DNA of 64,000 nt. Source: an uncultured Gemmatimonadota bacterium. Its GTDB lineage: Bacteria > JAAXHH01. Shown here piece by piece: positions 42,088-52,016 of this stretch. The position numbers were made by a program, and so were the translations under genes. Numbering within the stretch: the first letter of the stretch is position 1; each line of letters starts with the position of its first letter. Below the pieces are notes generated by a model. It worked only from the letters and a program-made list of their open reading frames with translations, made no database searches and was not told the DNA's origin. The stretch covers positions 1,824,001 to 1,888,000 of the forward strand of contig OX638340.1 of assembly GCA_951812955.1 (NCBI GenBank), given 5' to 3'.

Positions 42088-42216
42088 GGATATGGTCGTT
42101 GAAACAAGCGGCACATGCATTCCGCTTAACAGAAGGGTTTGCGTGGCGGAGATTCACTCTGGGCTCGCAATGCACGAGTTTCCGTAAGAATAAGATCAGT
42201 CCGAGAGGCCCAATGT

Positions 42217-42744
42217 ATGAAATGGGACTATTACCGTCCTCATATAGACCGAAGAGTCCCGGGAAACAAAGTTGACCTGACTCCCTTGTGTAACGAATCC
42301 GAAGTTCGCAGGAACCTGATCCTGGATCTCGCCCGTCCCTTCCGCAACGTCGATCTGGACAAGGTAGCGAGTCCGGAATCGTTGGGATTCATCCTGGGCA
42401 GTGCGGTAGCCCAAAAGCTGAACAGGGGCTTCATTCCATTTCGTAAAGGGGGAGAACTACCCATCCATCGTCAGCACAGGTCGAGGGTCTCTTTTGTAGA
42501 CTATACCAGTGAGCGGAAATCCCTGGAGGTAAACAAAGACCTTATTCAACCTGAGGAACGCATTCTGATCGTGGATGATGTGATAGATACAGGTGCCCAG
42601 GTAACGGCCATGATTAAGTTGATCGAACGTCTACGTGGCGAAGTCGTTGGTGCTTCGGTACTTGTCGCCGACAGGAGCCCGAGAACAGCTCGTCTCATAG
42701 ACAAGTACAACGTACATGCTATCTATATGCCCATCATCGATTAA
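42217..42744 (+). CDS. Adenine phosphoribosyltransferase-like (type I PRTase)
   Basis: ILIVDDVIDTGAQ PRPP-binding motif and overall collinearity with APRT (DLTPL...GFIPFRK). Start uncertain: the ORF opens at 42139. Confidence 0.7.
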   Translation: MKWDYYRPHIDRRVPGNKVDLTPLCNESEVRRNLILDLARPFRNVDLDKVASPESLGFILGSAVAQKLNRGFIPFRKGGELPIHRQHRSRVSFVDYTSERKSLEVNKDLIQPEERILIVDDVIDTGAQVTAMIKLIERLRGEVVGASVLVADRSPRTARLIDKYNVHAIYMPIID

Positions 42745-42917
42745 ATGGGCACTGCGGAGACGGAGACAAGCCCTTCCGGAAAACCATCTGGTCAAAGGCT
42801 CGGATGAGATTCAGATTGTTAACGTCGTTTCACTTGCATCAACGCAGAGCAGCATCGAAGGCGTAAAACGGATGTCGCAGGCATCTTTAAACAAAAACAT
42901 TCCGCAGGTATCTGAAA

Positions 42918-43367
42918 ATGTCCACCGAATCTGATAAACAGCGCGTATACAACGGTGCGTATGGTTTGTGTCGTGACCCATCAGACCGCTTGCTCCTGGT
43001 TCGTGTAACAAGCGGATTGGCGGATGCCGGACTATGGACATTGCCTGGCGGTGGTATCGAATGGGGAGAGCACCCGGAAGACGCTTTACTTCGGGAATTG
43101 GAAGAAGAGACAGGCATTGTGGATATTGAAAGGTATCGGTTGGCTGCGGTTTATTCCCAGGTGTATGATAATCCGGCATATCGGGCGGACGACTCGGTAC
43201 ATCACATTGGATTGGTCTACGATGTTACGCTCGTAGCGTTCAGCCTCAGGGACGAAAAAGACGGTTCGACTGATCACTGCGAGTGGTTTACCGAAAGTCA
43301 GGCTCGACTATTGCCGCTTGGGCAACTGGGTGAATTTGGCGTCGAACTGGCTTGGCCAAAATCATGA
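42918..43367 (+). CDS. NUDIX hydrolase
   Basis: GGGIEWGEHPEDALLRELEEETG is a canonical Nudix box (GX5EX7REUXEEXGU). Confidence 0.85.
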   Translation: MSTESDKQRVYNGAYGLCRDPSDRLLLVRVTSGLADAGLWTLPGGGIEWGEHPEDALLRELEEETGIVDIERYRLAAVYSQVYDNPAYRADDSVHHIGLVYDVTLVAFSLRDEKDGSTDHCEWFTESQARLLPLGQLGEFGVELAWPKS

Positions 43368-43411
43368 TACGCTCACAAAACTAGAATGGCGTGAAACAAA
43401 CAGGTGCGCTA

Positions 43412-43765
43412 ATGACACGAGCTCCGATTAAAGAACCCATCGCATTCGAAGACTTCGAAAAACTCGACATTCGGGCCGGTACGATCACTTCGGTCCGGGA
43501 AGTGGCCAATTCGAACAAGCTCATGAAGCTGGTTGTCGACTTCGGTGATCACACCCGTTCAATTCTGGCCGGAATAAAGAAGGAACGTGCAAACCCTCAG
43601 GAAATCGAAGGTAAGCAAGCACTCTTTTTGCTGAACCTGGCCGACAGGAAAATGGCAGGCGAGATTTCGCAGGGAATGCTCTTCGATATCGGCTATGCGG
43701 ACGGACTTACCCCGTGCCTCCTGGTACCCGAAATGCCTGTGCCAGATGGCGCGCGGGCTGGATGA
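43412..43765 (+). CDS. tRNA-binding domain protein (CsaA / MetRS C-terminal / EMAP-II-like)
   Basis: EDFEKLDIRAGTITSVREV...KLMKLVVDFGD matches the Myf-domain pattern (DLRVGKI..AE). Confidence 0.65.
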   Translation: MTRAPIKEPIAFEDFEKLDIRAGTITSVREVANSNKLMKLVVDFGDHTRSILAGIKKERANPQEIEGKQALFLLNLADRKMAGEISQGMLFDIGYADGLTPCLLVPEMPVPDGARAG

Positions 43766-43846
43766 AAAGTGCCTTCTTGGGATGGTAGGTAGTAAAGATT
43801 GAGATTAGGGTTGTGCCAGTCTGGTCTGGCACCAAGGACGGGCATC

Positions 43847-44650
43847 ATGAATCAACCATTCGATGAAGCGGTAGAGGCCATTATAACCGGGGACGCAGCC
43901 ACCCTGACGAAGCTGTTGGTGGCACATCCCGATCTCATCAAGGCCCGGTCCCGGTCCGATCACAAGGCGACCCTGCTGCACTATGTGGCTGCCAATGGCG
44001 TCAAGGACGAGCTGCAAAAATCGCCGGAGAATGCCGCGGAAATCGCCCGGATACTGCTCGAGGCCGGGGCGGAGGTCGACACCCTCGCCGAAACATACGG
44101 TGGGGGCACGAACCAGACGACGCTATGCCTGCTGGTTTCCAGTATACATCCGGCGGCAGCGGGTGTGCAGCCGGCGCTGGTGCAGGTTTTATGTGATGCG
44201 GGCGCGGCTGTTAACGGAGTCGCTGATGACGGGGCGCCACTGGGAACCGCGTTGCTGTTCAGCTATAGGAAGTCGGTCGATATGCTGGCGAGGTGCGGCG
44301 CGCGCATCGATAATCTGCTTTTCGCCGCCGGCGTGGGCGACCTCGCGAGGGTGAAGTCCTTTCTCCACACAGACGGCCGGCTAAGACCCGAGGGGATGTA
44401 CCATGGGTCCCATCTCCCATCCCCTGCCGATGAGAAGTCACAGGTCGACCTGGCATTCGGCCTGGCCTGCTATCACTTGAGGATCGAAGTGATCCGGTTC
44501 CTCCTTGAAATGGGCGTGGATGTCAATGTTCGTTCGAACATTTTCGGTAGCATGCAAACCGGTCTATACTGGGCAACCCACGGTTTCCATACGGAGGAAG
44601 AGGAGCGCCCTGTCGTTGCGTTTCTGCAGTCACAGGGTGCTACCTCGTAA
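43847..44650 (+). CDS. Ankyrin-repeat protein
   Basis: TLLHYVAANG...LLEAGAEVD and further ..LH.A.......LL..GA..N repeat patterns. The ORF may start upstream at a TTG (43799). Confidence 0.55.
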   Translation: MNQPFDEAVEAIITGDAATLTKLLVAHPDLIKARSRSDHKATLLHYVAANGVKDELQKSPENAAEIARILLEAGAEVDTLAETYGGGTNQTTLCLLVSSIHPAAAGVQPALVQVLCDAGAAVNGVADDGAPLGTALLFSYRKSVDMLARCGARIDNLLFAAGVGDLARVKSFLHTDGRLRPEGMYHGSHLPSPADEKSQVDLAFGLACYHLRIEVIRFLLEMGVDVNVRSNIFGSMQTGLYWATHGFHTEEEERPVVAFLQSQGATS

Positions 44651-44748
44651 CTCGGTGGAGTGCTATATCGCAGCACGGCGAAGCAATGTTTTTAGCATGG
44701 CGAGGCTGGTCGATATAAAAACAGCGATTCAGCTTGAATGGAGGCTGT

Positions 44749-46017
44749 ATGACATCCGATACCGTTACCGGCCGCCGCCAGCGTGAGCATGCGCGCTTCG
44801 GGGCCGCAACCCGGCTGGAATCCGATGGCCCGCTGCCACAGCCCTTTCCCCGGGAGATCGGTCCGCGGGCCATGGAGTACCTGGCCGAAGTCGTCGATTC
44901 CGGACTTACCTGCGACATGGTGGGCCGGTTCGAGCGCGCATTTGCCGATGCCAACGGCGTAGCGCACTGCATCGCAACGCCAGGCTGCACGCCGGCCCTG
45001 GCCGTGCTGGCCGCCGCTTTCGACTTTGAGCCGGGTGACGAGATCATTGTCAGCTCGGTCAGCGACTTCGGTACCGTGCAGGGCCTGATCAGCGCCGGTT
45101 TCATTCCCGTGTTCGCCGATACCGCTCCGGGCACGATCAACGTCAGCGCCGAAACGATCGAGTCATGCATTTCCGACCGCACACGCGCGATCCTTGTCGT
45201 ACACCTGAGTGGACTGATCTGCGACATGGACGCCATCAATGAAGTCGCCGCACGCCACGGCCTGGTCGTCTACGAGGACGCCTGCCAGGCAGTATTCGGT
45301 CGGTACAAGGGCCGCTTGGCCGGTACCCTGGCGACGGCTGGAGGCTTTTCTTTTGACGCCGAGAAGACCATGGGTTCCGACGTGGGCGGTTGCATCCTCA
45401 CCGACGACGACGCGTTGGCCGAGCGGGCGCGCTTCATCGGCCATGCCCGCGCCGGTGAGATGGTAGAGCACTTCGGGCGCGTTCACACGGCCAACGGCTT
45501 CGCTCATCGCATGACCCAGTCGACCGCGGCGATCAGCCTGGCCCAGCTTGAAATCATCCAGCCGCAGGTGAAGAAGCGCGATCGCATGATCCGCCTGCTG
45601 AGCTCCCTACTCGACGAGATCCCAGGCGTGTCGGCGTTGCCTATTCCGCAGGAGACCGAGGTGTACTCTTGCTGGATGGCGGGATTCACCATCGACCCGG
45701 AACAGTTCCGATGCGACGTGGAAGAGTTCGGCGCCCAGGTAGCAGCCGGAGGCATCCCCGGAGCCAGCCCGATGCGCTACTATTTGCTGCCCGTAGCCCT
45801 TCCCTTCCTAAACGAAGCAGCCGAGCAGCAGCGCTTCCCCTACTCGCAACCTCCGGCGTCACGCACCTACCGCTACGACGCGGAAAGCTGTCCGAACGCC
45901 CACGGGATACTTGAGCGTTTCATCCGCTGGAGTTCGTTCTGCGACAAGTACGAGCCCCACCACTGCGAGCAGGCAGCCGCCATAGTGCGCCGCGTAGCCG
46001 ACGAGAACCGCAGATGA
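44749..46017 (+). CDS. DegT/DnrJ/EryC1/StrS family PLP-dependent aminotransferase
   Basis: GDEIIVSSVSDFGTVQGLISAGFIPVFADT and FSFDAEKTMG (PLP-Lys region) are typical of sugar aminotransferases. Confidence 0.75.
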   Translation: MTSDTVTGRRQREHARFGAATRLESDGPLPQPFPREIGPRAMEYLAEVVDSGLTCDMVGRFERAFADANGVAHCIATPGCTPALAVLAAAFDFEPGDEIIVSSVSDFGTVQGLISAGFIPVFADTAPGTINVSAETIESCISDRTRAILVVHLSGLICDMDAINEVAARHGLVVYEDACQAVFGRYKGRLAGTLATAGGFSFDAEKTMGSDVGGCILTDDDALAERARFIGHARAGEMVEHFGRVHTANGFAHRMTQSTAAISLAQLEIIQPQVKKRDRMIRLLSSLLDEIPGVSALPIPQETEVYSCWMAGFTIDPEQFRCDVEEFGAQVAAGGIPGASPMRYYLLPVALPFLNEAAEQQRFPYSQPPASRTYRYDAESCPNAHGILERFIRWSSFCDKYEPHHCEQAAAIVRRVADENRR

Positions 46018-46808
46018 CCAAGAACAGTGGAGAACATTCGGTGGAGAAAGCGCTACAACTGCCCGCCCGCTACTACAGGGCCCTGCCGACTGATCGACCA
46101 GGATTCGAAGAGGTCATTCTTTCGCTCCCATTGAAGAAAACGGCCCTGGTAGGCATGCACTGCTGGAACATCGGCTGCCCGGACGGCCCGTCCGTGGACA
46201 CCGATTTCTGCGTCGGCATGGGCTGGCCCCAGGCATCCCAGGAGGCCGCCCGAATCATGGCCGAGGTCATCCGCCCTGCCATGGACCTTGCCCGTTCGAT
46301 AGGTATGCCCGTCTGCCACGTAGAGACGGATTGGATGGACCGACAGTATCCCCACGTCGAGTCCCGGCGCTCTCGCGACTCGGCACCGATACACCCCAGG
46401 CAGCGCGAGATGCTCGAACGGGCTCACGGCAAAGACTACATGGAGCGTTCCCCACTGGCACAGATGCGGCGGGCCGAAATCGTTTCACCGGTCGGAGACG
46501 AGCCCCTCATGTTCTACTCCGATGTGCTGGACGAGTATCTGAGCGAACGCGGCGTGGATACGCTCATCTATATGGGGTTCGCGGCCGATATGTGCCTGCT
46601 CGGCGCCGAGGGAGGCGCCCGTCCCATGTTGGCTCGCGGATATCGCTGCATCGTGATACGCGACGCGACCGTTGGCGTGGAGTCGCCGGACACCTTCCCG
46701 CAGCGGTTGGCAACCAACTATGGTCTCCACATCTTCGAGTGGACGCTGGGATACGGCTGTACTTTCGCCCAGTTTCAGCACGCTGTCGACGTAATGAGAG
46801 GTGCATAG
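46014..46808 (+). CDS. Hypothetical hydrolase, possibly isochorismatase-like (cysteine hydrolase fold)
   Basis: KKTALVGMHCWN and LIYMGFAADMCLLGAEGGAR loosely resemble isochorismatase-family motifs. ATGA overlap with the upstream gene. Confidence 0.4.
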   Translation: MTKNSGEHSVEKALQLPARYYRALPTDRPGFEEVILSLPLKKTALVGMHCWNIGCPDGPSVDTDFCVGMGWPQASQEAARIMAEVIRPAMDLARSIGMPVCHVETDWMDRQYPHVESRRSRDSAPIHPRQREMLERAHGKDYMERSPLAQMRRAEIVSPVGDEPLMFYSDVLDEYLSERGVDTLIYMGFAADMCLLGAEGGARPMLARGYRCIVIRDATVGVESPDTFPQRLATNYGLHIFEWTLGYGCTFAQFQHAVDVMRGA

Positions 46809-46905
46809 CGTCGAGCAGTAAGGCCGAAACATCGAGGTGAAATGTAATCGGTGATGAGATGAACAGCAACGAACCGACGGGCGAAATGGCAAGAGGCGAT
46901 CACCC

Positions 46906-47970
46906 ATGAGTCTGAGCATATGCCCCTGGAAGTACGGCAAGCGCTGGGTTTACTCGATCACCTACGACGAGGCCCTCGCTGACCTGCACCGATTCGCCAT
47001 CCCGATGCACAAGGAATACAGGATTCCTGGCCACGTCGAAGTCGTCGTCGGCCAGTTGGGCGAGATCCGCAAGATCGGAAACTCCAGCTTCAACGGCTTC
47101 CGCCACATGAACGCGGACGAGTTGCGCGACCTGCTCGCTAGAGGCTGGGGCGTGGGCAACCACTCATGGAGCCACGAGATCATCACGCCGGAGACGGTGG
47201 ACCGGGAGATCGGCCAAGCCAAGATGGTGCTGGAAGAAGCACTCGGAGAAGCAATCATCCTGTACTGCTCGCCTGGCGACAACACGAACATGGCGGACCA
47301 TGTCCTCGAGGCCTGCCGCCGCTACGGTTACCTGGGCGCCATGAGCCTGACGGATGCGCTGAATCTGCCTGTGGACGAGCTATTTTGGATCAACCGCACG
47401 GCCCTGCACGACCACTACTACCCACCCTTCTACAGCGCCTTTGACCCGTACCGGAACATCCGCCAGGCCCAGGAGCTGCAGGGCTGGCTCATCGATTACT
47501 GTCACTGCCCTTTGGAGAGGGCCATCCATCCCAACAAGGACTGCTCCGAAGCCCAGCTACGGCAGCGACTGGAGACTGTACTTACCGAGGGGGGTGACGC
47601 GGTCTGGTGCGCGATGCCCGAAGAAGCGCTCAGTTATCACCTGATGCGGCGACATGCCAGGATCGAGATAGTGGCTCTGGGTAATGGAAAAGTGGGTGAT
47701 GATAATGACGAAATGGAAAGTGGCGCGTCTGGAGATGACGACGATGATGCGCGGCGCTATCGCATCGCCCTACCTGAATTGCCCGTGCAGGTACCCTACC
47801 GAAGCCTGACGCTGGAAGTCGGCGTGCCTGCCGCCTGGTGTCGCGACCCCCGTGTGACGGTGGATGGACAGGAACAATCGGCGGAAGCCCTGCGGCCGGG
47901 TGTGCTTCGGGTGACTACGCTCGTGAAGGACGGGACCGAAGTCGAGGTTCGGGAATCTCCACGTCCTTGA
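46906..47970 (+). CDS. Polysaccharide deacetylase (NodB homology domain) with an acidic C-terminal tail
   Basis: GWGVGNHSWSHE (NodB motif 2-like) and DYCHCP. A DD-rich stretch (SGDDDDDARR) lies near the C-terminus. Confidence 0.65.
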   Translation: MSLSICPWKYGKRWVYSITYDEALADLHRFAIPMHKEYRIPGHVEVVVGQLGEIRKIGNSSFNGFRHMNADELRDLLARGWGVGNHSWSHEIITPETVDREIGQAKMVLEEALGEAIILYCSPGDNTNMADHVLEACRRYGYLGAMSLTDALNLPVDELFWINRTALHDHYYPPFYSAFDPYRNIRQAQELQGWLIDYCHCPLERAIHPNKDCSEAQLRQRLETVLTEGGDAVWCAMPEEALSYHLMRRHARIEIVALGNGKVGDDNDEMESGASGDDDDDARRYRIALPELPVQVPYRSLTLEVGVPAAWCRDPRVTVDGQEQSAEALRPGVLRVTTLVKDGTEVEVRESPRP

Positions 47971-48080
47971 CCCTTTAATCCCCAATCCGCAGTTTGGCTC
48001 CTGGCGACGGAACCCGACCCGAGTGGGTCGCATGAATATCTGGCGTTCACACATGAAATCGACCGATATGGGAGGGAAAG

Positions 48081-48470
48081 TTGTCGCGTACGTCATTGGG
48101 TAAAATCTCACCGTTTTGGGTCGTGGACAAATTAGCCCCTTCGGTCGCTTTTTACATAAAATTGGGATTCGAAGTCCGCCACCAGTCACCAGAAGAAGAC
48201 CCGTTCTTTGCAATTGTTGGTCGAGACGACACGCAGATTCTCCTGAAGGAAATCACCGAAGACATCAATCCGCAGCCGAACAGGACACGTCACCCCTGGG
48301 CACGATGGGATGCATTTATCAGCGTCGAGAATCCCGATGCACTGGCGGCGGAGTTTGCCGAGGCCAATGTAAGGTTTGCCAGGGAGCTCGAGGATACCGA
48401 GGAAGGGTTAAGAGGTTTTGAGTTGCGCGACAACGATGGATACATCCTTTTCTTTGGTCGGCCGCGGTAA
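48081..48470 (+). CDS. VOC (glyoxalase/bleomycin-resistance) family protein
   Basis: FWVVDKLAPSVAFYIKLGFEV...FELRDNDGYILFFG beta-alpha-beta-beta-beta pattern. Start is a TTG and is uncertain. Confidence 0.55.
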   Translation: MSRTSLGKISPFWVVDKLAPSVAFYIKLGFEVRHQSPEEDPFFAIVGRDDTQILLKEITEDINPQPNRTRHPWARWDAFISVENPDALAAEFAEANVRFARELEDTEEGLRGFELRDNDGYILFFGRPR

Positions 48471-48554
48471 TTTGCCATGACCAACACTGATACTGGTTTT
48501 TCAATAAGGCTATTAGTACTTTCACAAATTCCACTTCCATAGACGAGGATACCA

Positions 48555-49292
48555 ATGGCAATTATGAGGAGTCTCTGCCTGTCGGTCGTGATGTGCTGCC
48601 TACTGTGGAACGTCCAACCATGCGATGCCCAGTCCGCTGAGCGACAGGTCGCACAACGTCTGTTGCTTGAGAACGGAGAGCTAACCGAGATGAAATACCT
48701 GAAATACCTCCCGCCTTCATATGACAGTAACGAAGAGGAATGGCCGCTGCTTTTGTTCCTCCACGGCGCAGGTGAACGTGGAGACGACCTGGAGATGGTT
48801 AAGGTCCACGGTCCGCCGAAAATGATCGCCCAGGGGAGGGATTTCCCTTACGTCGTCATTTCGCCGCAATGCCCGGAGGATGTCTGGTGGTCCATAGAAA
48901 CGCTGCATGCGCTGGTAAACGAAGTCCTCGAGACCCATCGCATCGATAAGTCCAGGATCTATGTGACCGGTCTGAGCATGGGTGGATACGGTTCGTGGGA
49001 GCTGGCGTATACCTATCCTGAAATGTTTACCGCGGTCGCGCCCATTTGCGGGATGGGGGATCCGGAAAAAGCGCATTTGATGAAGGGCATACCGACCTGG
49101 GTCTTCCACGGCGCGAAAGATGAGATCGTGCCACTGGTGCGATCCCAGGAGATGGTTGATGCGCTCGAGGAGGTCGGAGGCAATGTTCGCTTTACAGTTT
49201 ATCCGGAAGCAGGCCATGTTGGGGCCTGGGAAAATGCGTACGACGATCCTGAGTTTTGGGAGTGGCTTTCGGCGCAGAGGCGTGCGGAGTAA
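48555..49292 (+). CDS. Secreted esterase / alpha-beta hydrolase (PHB-depolymerase/carboxylesterase-like)
   Basis: Signal peptide. LFLHGAGERGDD, GLSMGGYGSW (GxSxG) and HGAKDEIVP motifs. Confidence 0.75.
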   Translation: MAIMRSLCLSVVMCCLLWNVQPCDAQSAERQVAQRLLLENGELTEMKYLKYLPPSYDSNEEEWPLLLFLHGAGERGDDLEMVKVHGPPKMIAQGRDFPYVVISPQCPEDVWWSIETLHALVNEVLETHRIDKSRIYVTGLSMGGYGSWELAYTYPEMFTAVAPICGMGDPEKAHLMKGIPTWVFHGAKDEIVPLVRSQEMVDALEEVGGNVRFTVYPEAGHVGAWENAYDDPEFWEWLSAQRRAE

Positions 49293-49325
49293 CAATAACC
49301 AGGTGTTGAATAGTTCGATTAGCTC

Positions 49326-51845
49326 TCAGCACGACCTCAGAATCGCACCACCCCTCCGCAAAACATCAAATGAATGTTCCCGGCCGCCCACTCTCAACCT
49401 GAACCCACCGTCCTCCCGGCCAACCCGACCCTTCGCAGAACCGCTGCAAAATGCAAGGACCATGACGTCGTCGTCCGTACCCGCCACCAGCCTTGTCGAG
49501 GCCTCGGTTGCATCCGGTAGGAAGCTGACGAGGCTGCCGGCGGCGAGCCCGGAGGGTGCGTAGGGCACCTCCTCTGTCCGCCACTGAAGCCCTTTTCCAA
49601 GCACCGAAATAACCTCCACCAGACTTGATCCCGAGCCTAACCGGGCGCGGTCTCCCTCCAAGCCGCGCAGGTCCACGGGGTTCAGCTTGTAGGACAACTC
49701 GCCACTGCCCGTTTCCGGTCCCAATCCATCTGCCGGATCCACGATGAGCCGGCGTCGGCCCGGGCAGCGGAGGTTGATCAGCGCGATATCGCAGTCCGCG
49801 GAGACTCCGGGCGTCTGGATTGAACCGCCGAAGGCCAATGCGGTATTGGGCTTGACGTAGAACGTGCGCGGTTCTTCCCGAGAAGCGAGTCCCTGCGTGT
49901 CCCGGCCCATCTCGCCGAAGATAACCGGGTCGTCCAGACGACTCGACCTGTCATCAAGAACAATCTCCATCCATGGCTTGCCGCCGCGCCGGTTGAAGCC
50001 GCCCCAAGCGATTTGCACGTCGTGCCACGTGCCTACTTCCACAGTACCCGGCGCTTGTACGGAAACCAGGTTGTTGTTCTGGCTCTGCACATTGAATTGC
50101 AGTTTGCCGTCCGTATCAGCAACCAGGGCGAATGTGTTGACCCCAGTCCCAAGATGCCCGCCGACCCCGTTCCCGGCGTTGAACAGCACCCTGAGGCCGC
50201 TCGCGTGTCCCCGCAACCGGAAACGAAGACGCAGGCGTCCGTCGTTGGCGTTAAACCATGGTTTGGCGTCGTATTGCAGGGCGTCGCCGCCACTTACCCG
50301 AATAAGCGGACTAACGTCCTTTACTACCCTAACGCCGCGTGGGCGACGCCGCAGGGCCACGAGCAGGATAGGATCGTCCCCGCGTGACAGCCAGTATTCG
50401 TGCTCGGTTCGCCGGGAGGAGACGCACAGCCGCTGCCAGTGCTTCATGCGTTTCAGGCCGCCCGGCAAGGCGACGGTCTCGTTCTGGCCGCCCACGCAGG
50501 GCAGGCTGCCGCAAGTCACCGGCTGGGCCTCGAAGGCACTTATGGTACGCAGCAGCGGACTGCCCGCCCACTGAACGTGCAGGCTCATGAAGTTGGCGGC
50601 CAGGCCGCCGGCGTATCCGCTGACGCTTAAAATCGCCGCGTTGGGTTCGTGACCGCTGCGCATCACGACGAATCGGCCCGTGTACATGTCGTAACTACCC
50701 GCCAGCGAAGTCACTTGCCGCGACCTGGTCGAGCGGAAAGCGGGATCGTAATAGCAGTAGGCGTACGGTCCGTAGGAAATCATGCACTCCGCGGTCGAAC
50801 CCTTGACGCCCATTCCGAATCGATACAGCCGACCCAGGCGCGGATCGGAAAGGGCGACATCGCGCAGCCTACCGTCTCCGGCCTCCTGGGCCAGCCTCAG
50901 GAGCACCGGCGAACAATTATCCAGCTGACCGCCTAGTACGACGTTGGAATTGATGGGATAGTACAGCTCGTCGGGGATTTCCCGAGGCGCCGTCCAGTGA
51001 GCGCGGAACCACGCAAGCGGACGACGAAACCGGTCAGGAACCTCGCTCATCAGATCGATACCGGTAACATTGCGCAGCGCATCGGCGAAATGCAGGAGCC
51101 ACAGGTTTTCAAAACCCCAGAAGGTGGGTCCGTCTACGGGCTCGCCACCGGGACCGCAGCCGTGGGGCAGGACGCCGATCCGAAAGCGATCGATAACCGC
51201 CTGCACCCATGCTTCCGCGCGGGGATGCTCACCCAGCAGATGAACCGCGGCTACCCCGAAGTGCCCATAGTCGACGACGGTGTGGTGCCCGCCTGCCTTG
51301 AAGTGCCGTCGTTCGTCCACATACAACCACCAGCGATCCATCAACTCCACGAGACTGTCACGGACCTGACGCTTTTCGGCCTCGAGCAATACTTCGTCCA
51401 TCAGGTCGAGGGCAAGCGCGAAAGCGTGCATGTAGCGGTTGGCAGTGTAGAAGTGCTCCTCCACGTGATCGCCGTGGTCCCAGCCCGCCGCGGCCCGCAG
51501 CCAGGCGCGGGCCCGTCCAAGCCAGCGCGGGTCGTCCGTGAGTCGCCAGGCGAAGGCGTAATTTTCGATCAGGGCCGTGGCCTGCATGGCGGTGTAAAAG
51601 GTAAGGTAGAGTTGGTGATTTGGGTGGGGGCTGTGCATTCGGCGCGGGACCCGTCGCCAAGGCCGCTGACCTGCATACAGCTCGCAGTCGTCCAGAAGTC
51701 TGGAGAGGATGCGGCGGCGAACCGGATCGGCCGGTGGCTTGAACTCGAAACCGGGATCGTCGACTGGCCTGAACAACCGGGGTCTTTCGTGGCGGATAAC
51801 CGAGACACGAGAATGATCCGGCGAGTTGGATTGTATGGCGGTCAT
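49326..51845 (-). CDS. Heparinase II/III-like (alginate-lyase-like alpha/alpha toroid) protein with C-terminal LamG / concanavalin-like domain
   Basis: 839 aa. N-terminal helical-repeat region with conserved His/Tyr/Trp. C-terminal jelly-roll-like segment (RVLFNAGNGVGGHLGTG...WHDVQIAWGG). Confidence 0.5.
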   Translation of the reverse strand: MTAIQSNSPDHSRVSVIRHERPRLFRPVDDPGFEFKPPADPVRRRILSRLLDDCELYAGQRPWRRVPRRMHSPHPNHQLYLTFYTAMQATALIENYAFAWRLTDDPRWLGRARAWLRAAAGWDHGDHVEEHFYTANRYMHAFALALDLMDEVLLEAEKRQVRDSLVELMDRWWLYVDERRHFKAGGHHTVVDYGHFGVAAVHLLGEHPRAEAWVQAVIDRFRIGVLPHGCGPGGEPVDGPTFWGFENLWLLHFADALRNVTGIDLMSEVPDRFRRPLAWFRAHWTAPREIPDELYYPINSNVVLGGQLDNCSPVLLRLAQEAGDGRLRDVALSDPRLGRLYRFGMGVKGSTAECMISYGPYAYCYYDPAFRSTRSRQVTSLAGSYDMYTGRFVVMRSGHEPNAAILSVSGYAGGLAANFMSLHVQWAGSPLLRTISAFEAQPVTCGSLPCVGGQNETVALPGGLKRMKHWQRLCVSSRRTEHEYWLSRGDDPILLVALRRRPRGVRVVKDVSPLIRVSGGDALQYDAKPWFNANDGRLRLRFRLRGHASGLRVLFNAGNGVGGHLGTGVNTFALVADTDGKLQFNVQSQNNNLVSVQAPGTVEVGTWHDVQIAWGGFNRRGGKPWMEIVLDDRSSRLDDPVIFGEMGRDTQGLASREEPRTFYVKPNTALAFGGSIQTPGVSADCDIALINLRCPGRRRLIVDPADGLGPETGSGELSYKLNPVDLRGLEGDRARLGSGSSLVEVISVLGKGLQWRTEEVPYAPSGLAAGSLVSFLPDATEASTRLVAGTDDDVMVLAFCSGSAKGRVGREDGGFRLRVGGREHSFDVLRRGGAILRSC

Positions 51846-52016
51846 CAGTAGAGATCACGCTCCCGGGGATAGACTTCGTGTACCTGCATTCGAGTTTGTA
51901 ACATGCATTGTGTAACCGTCGACGGCGTGTATCTTGCTTATTATGTACTGCATTCTCCACGACTGAGCAACACCAGCGTGAGATATACGGACGGAACCCT
52001 GTCTGCTTGATGTATC

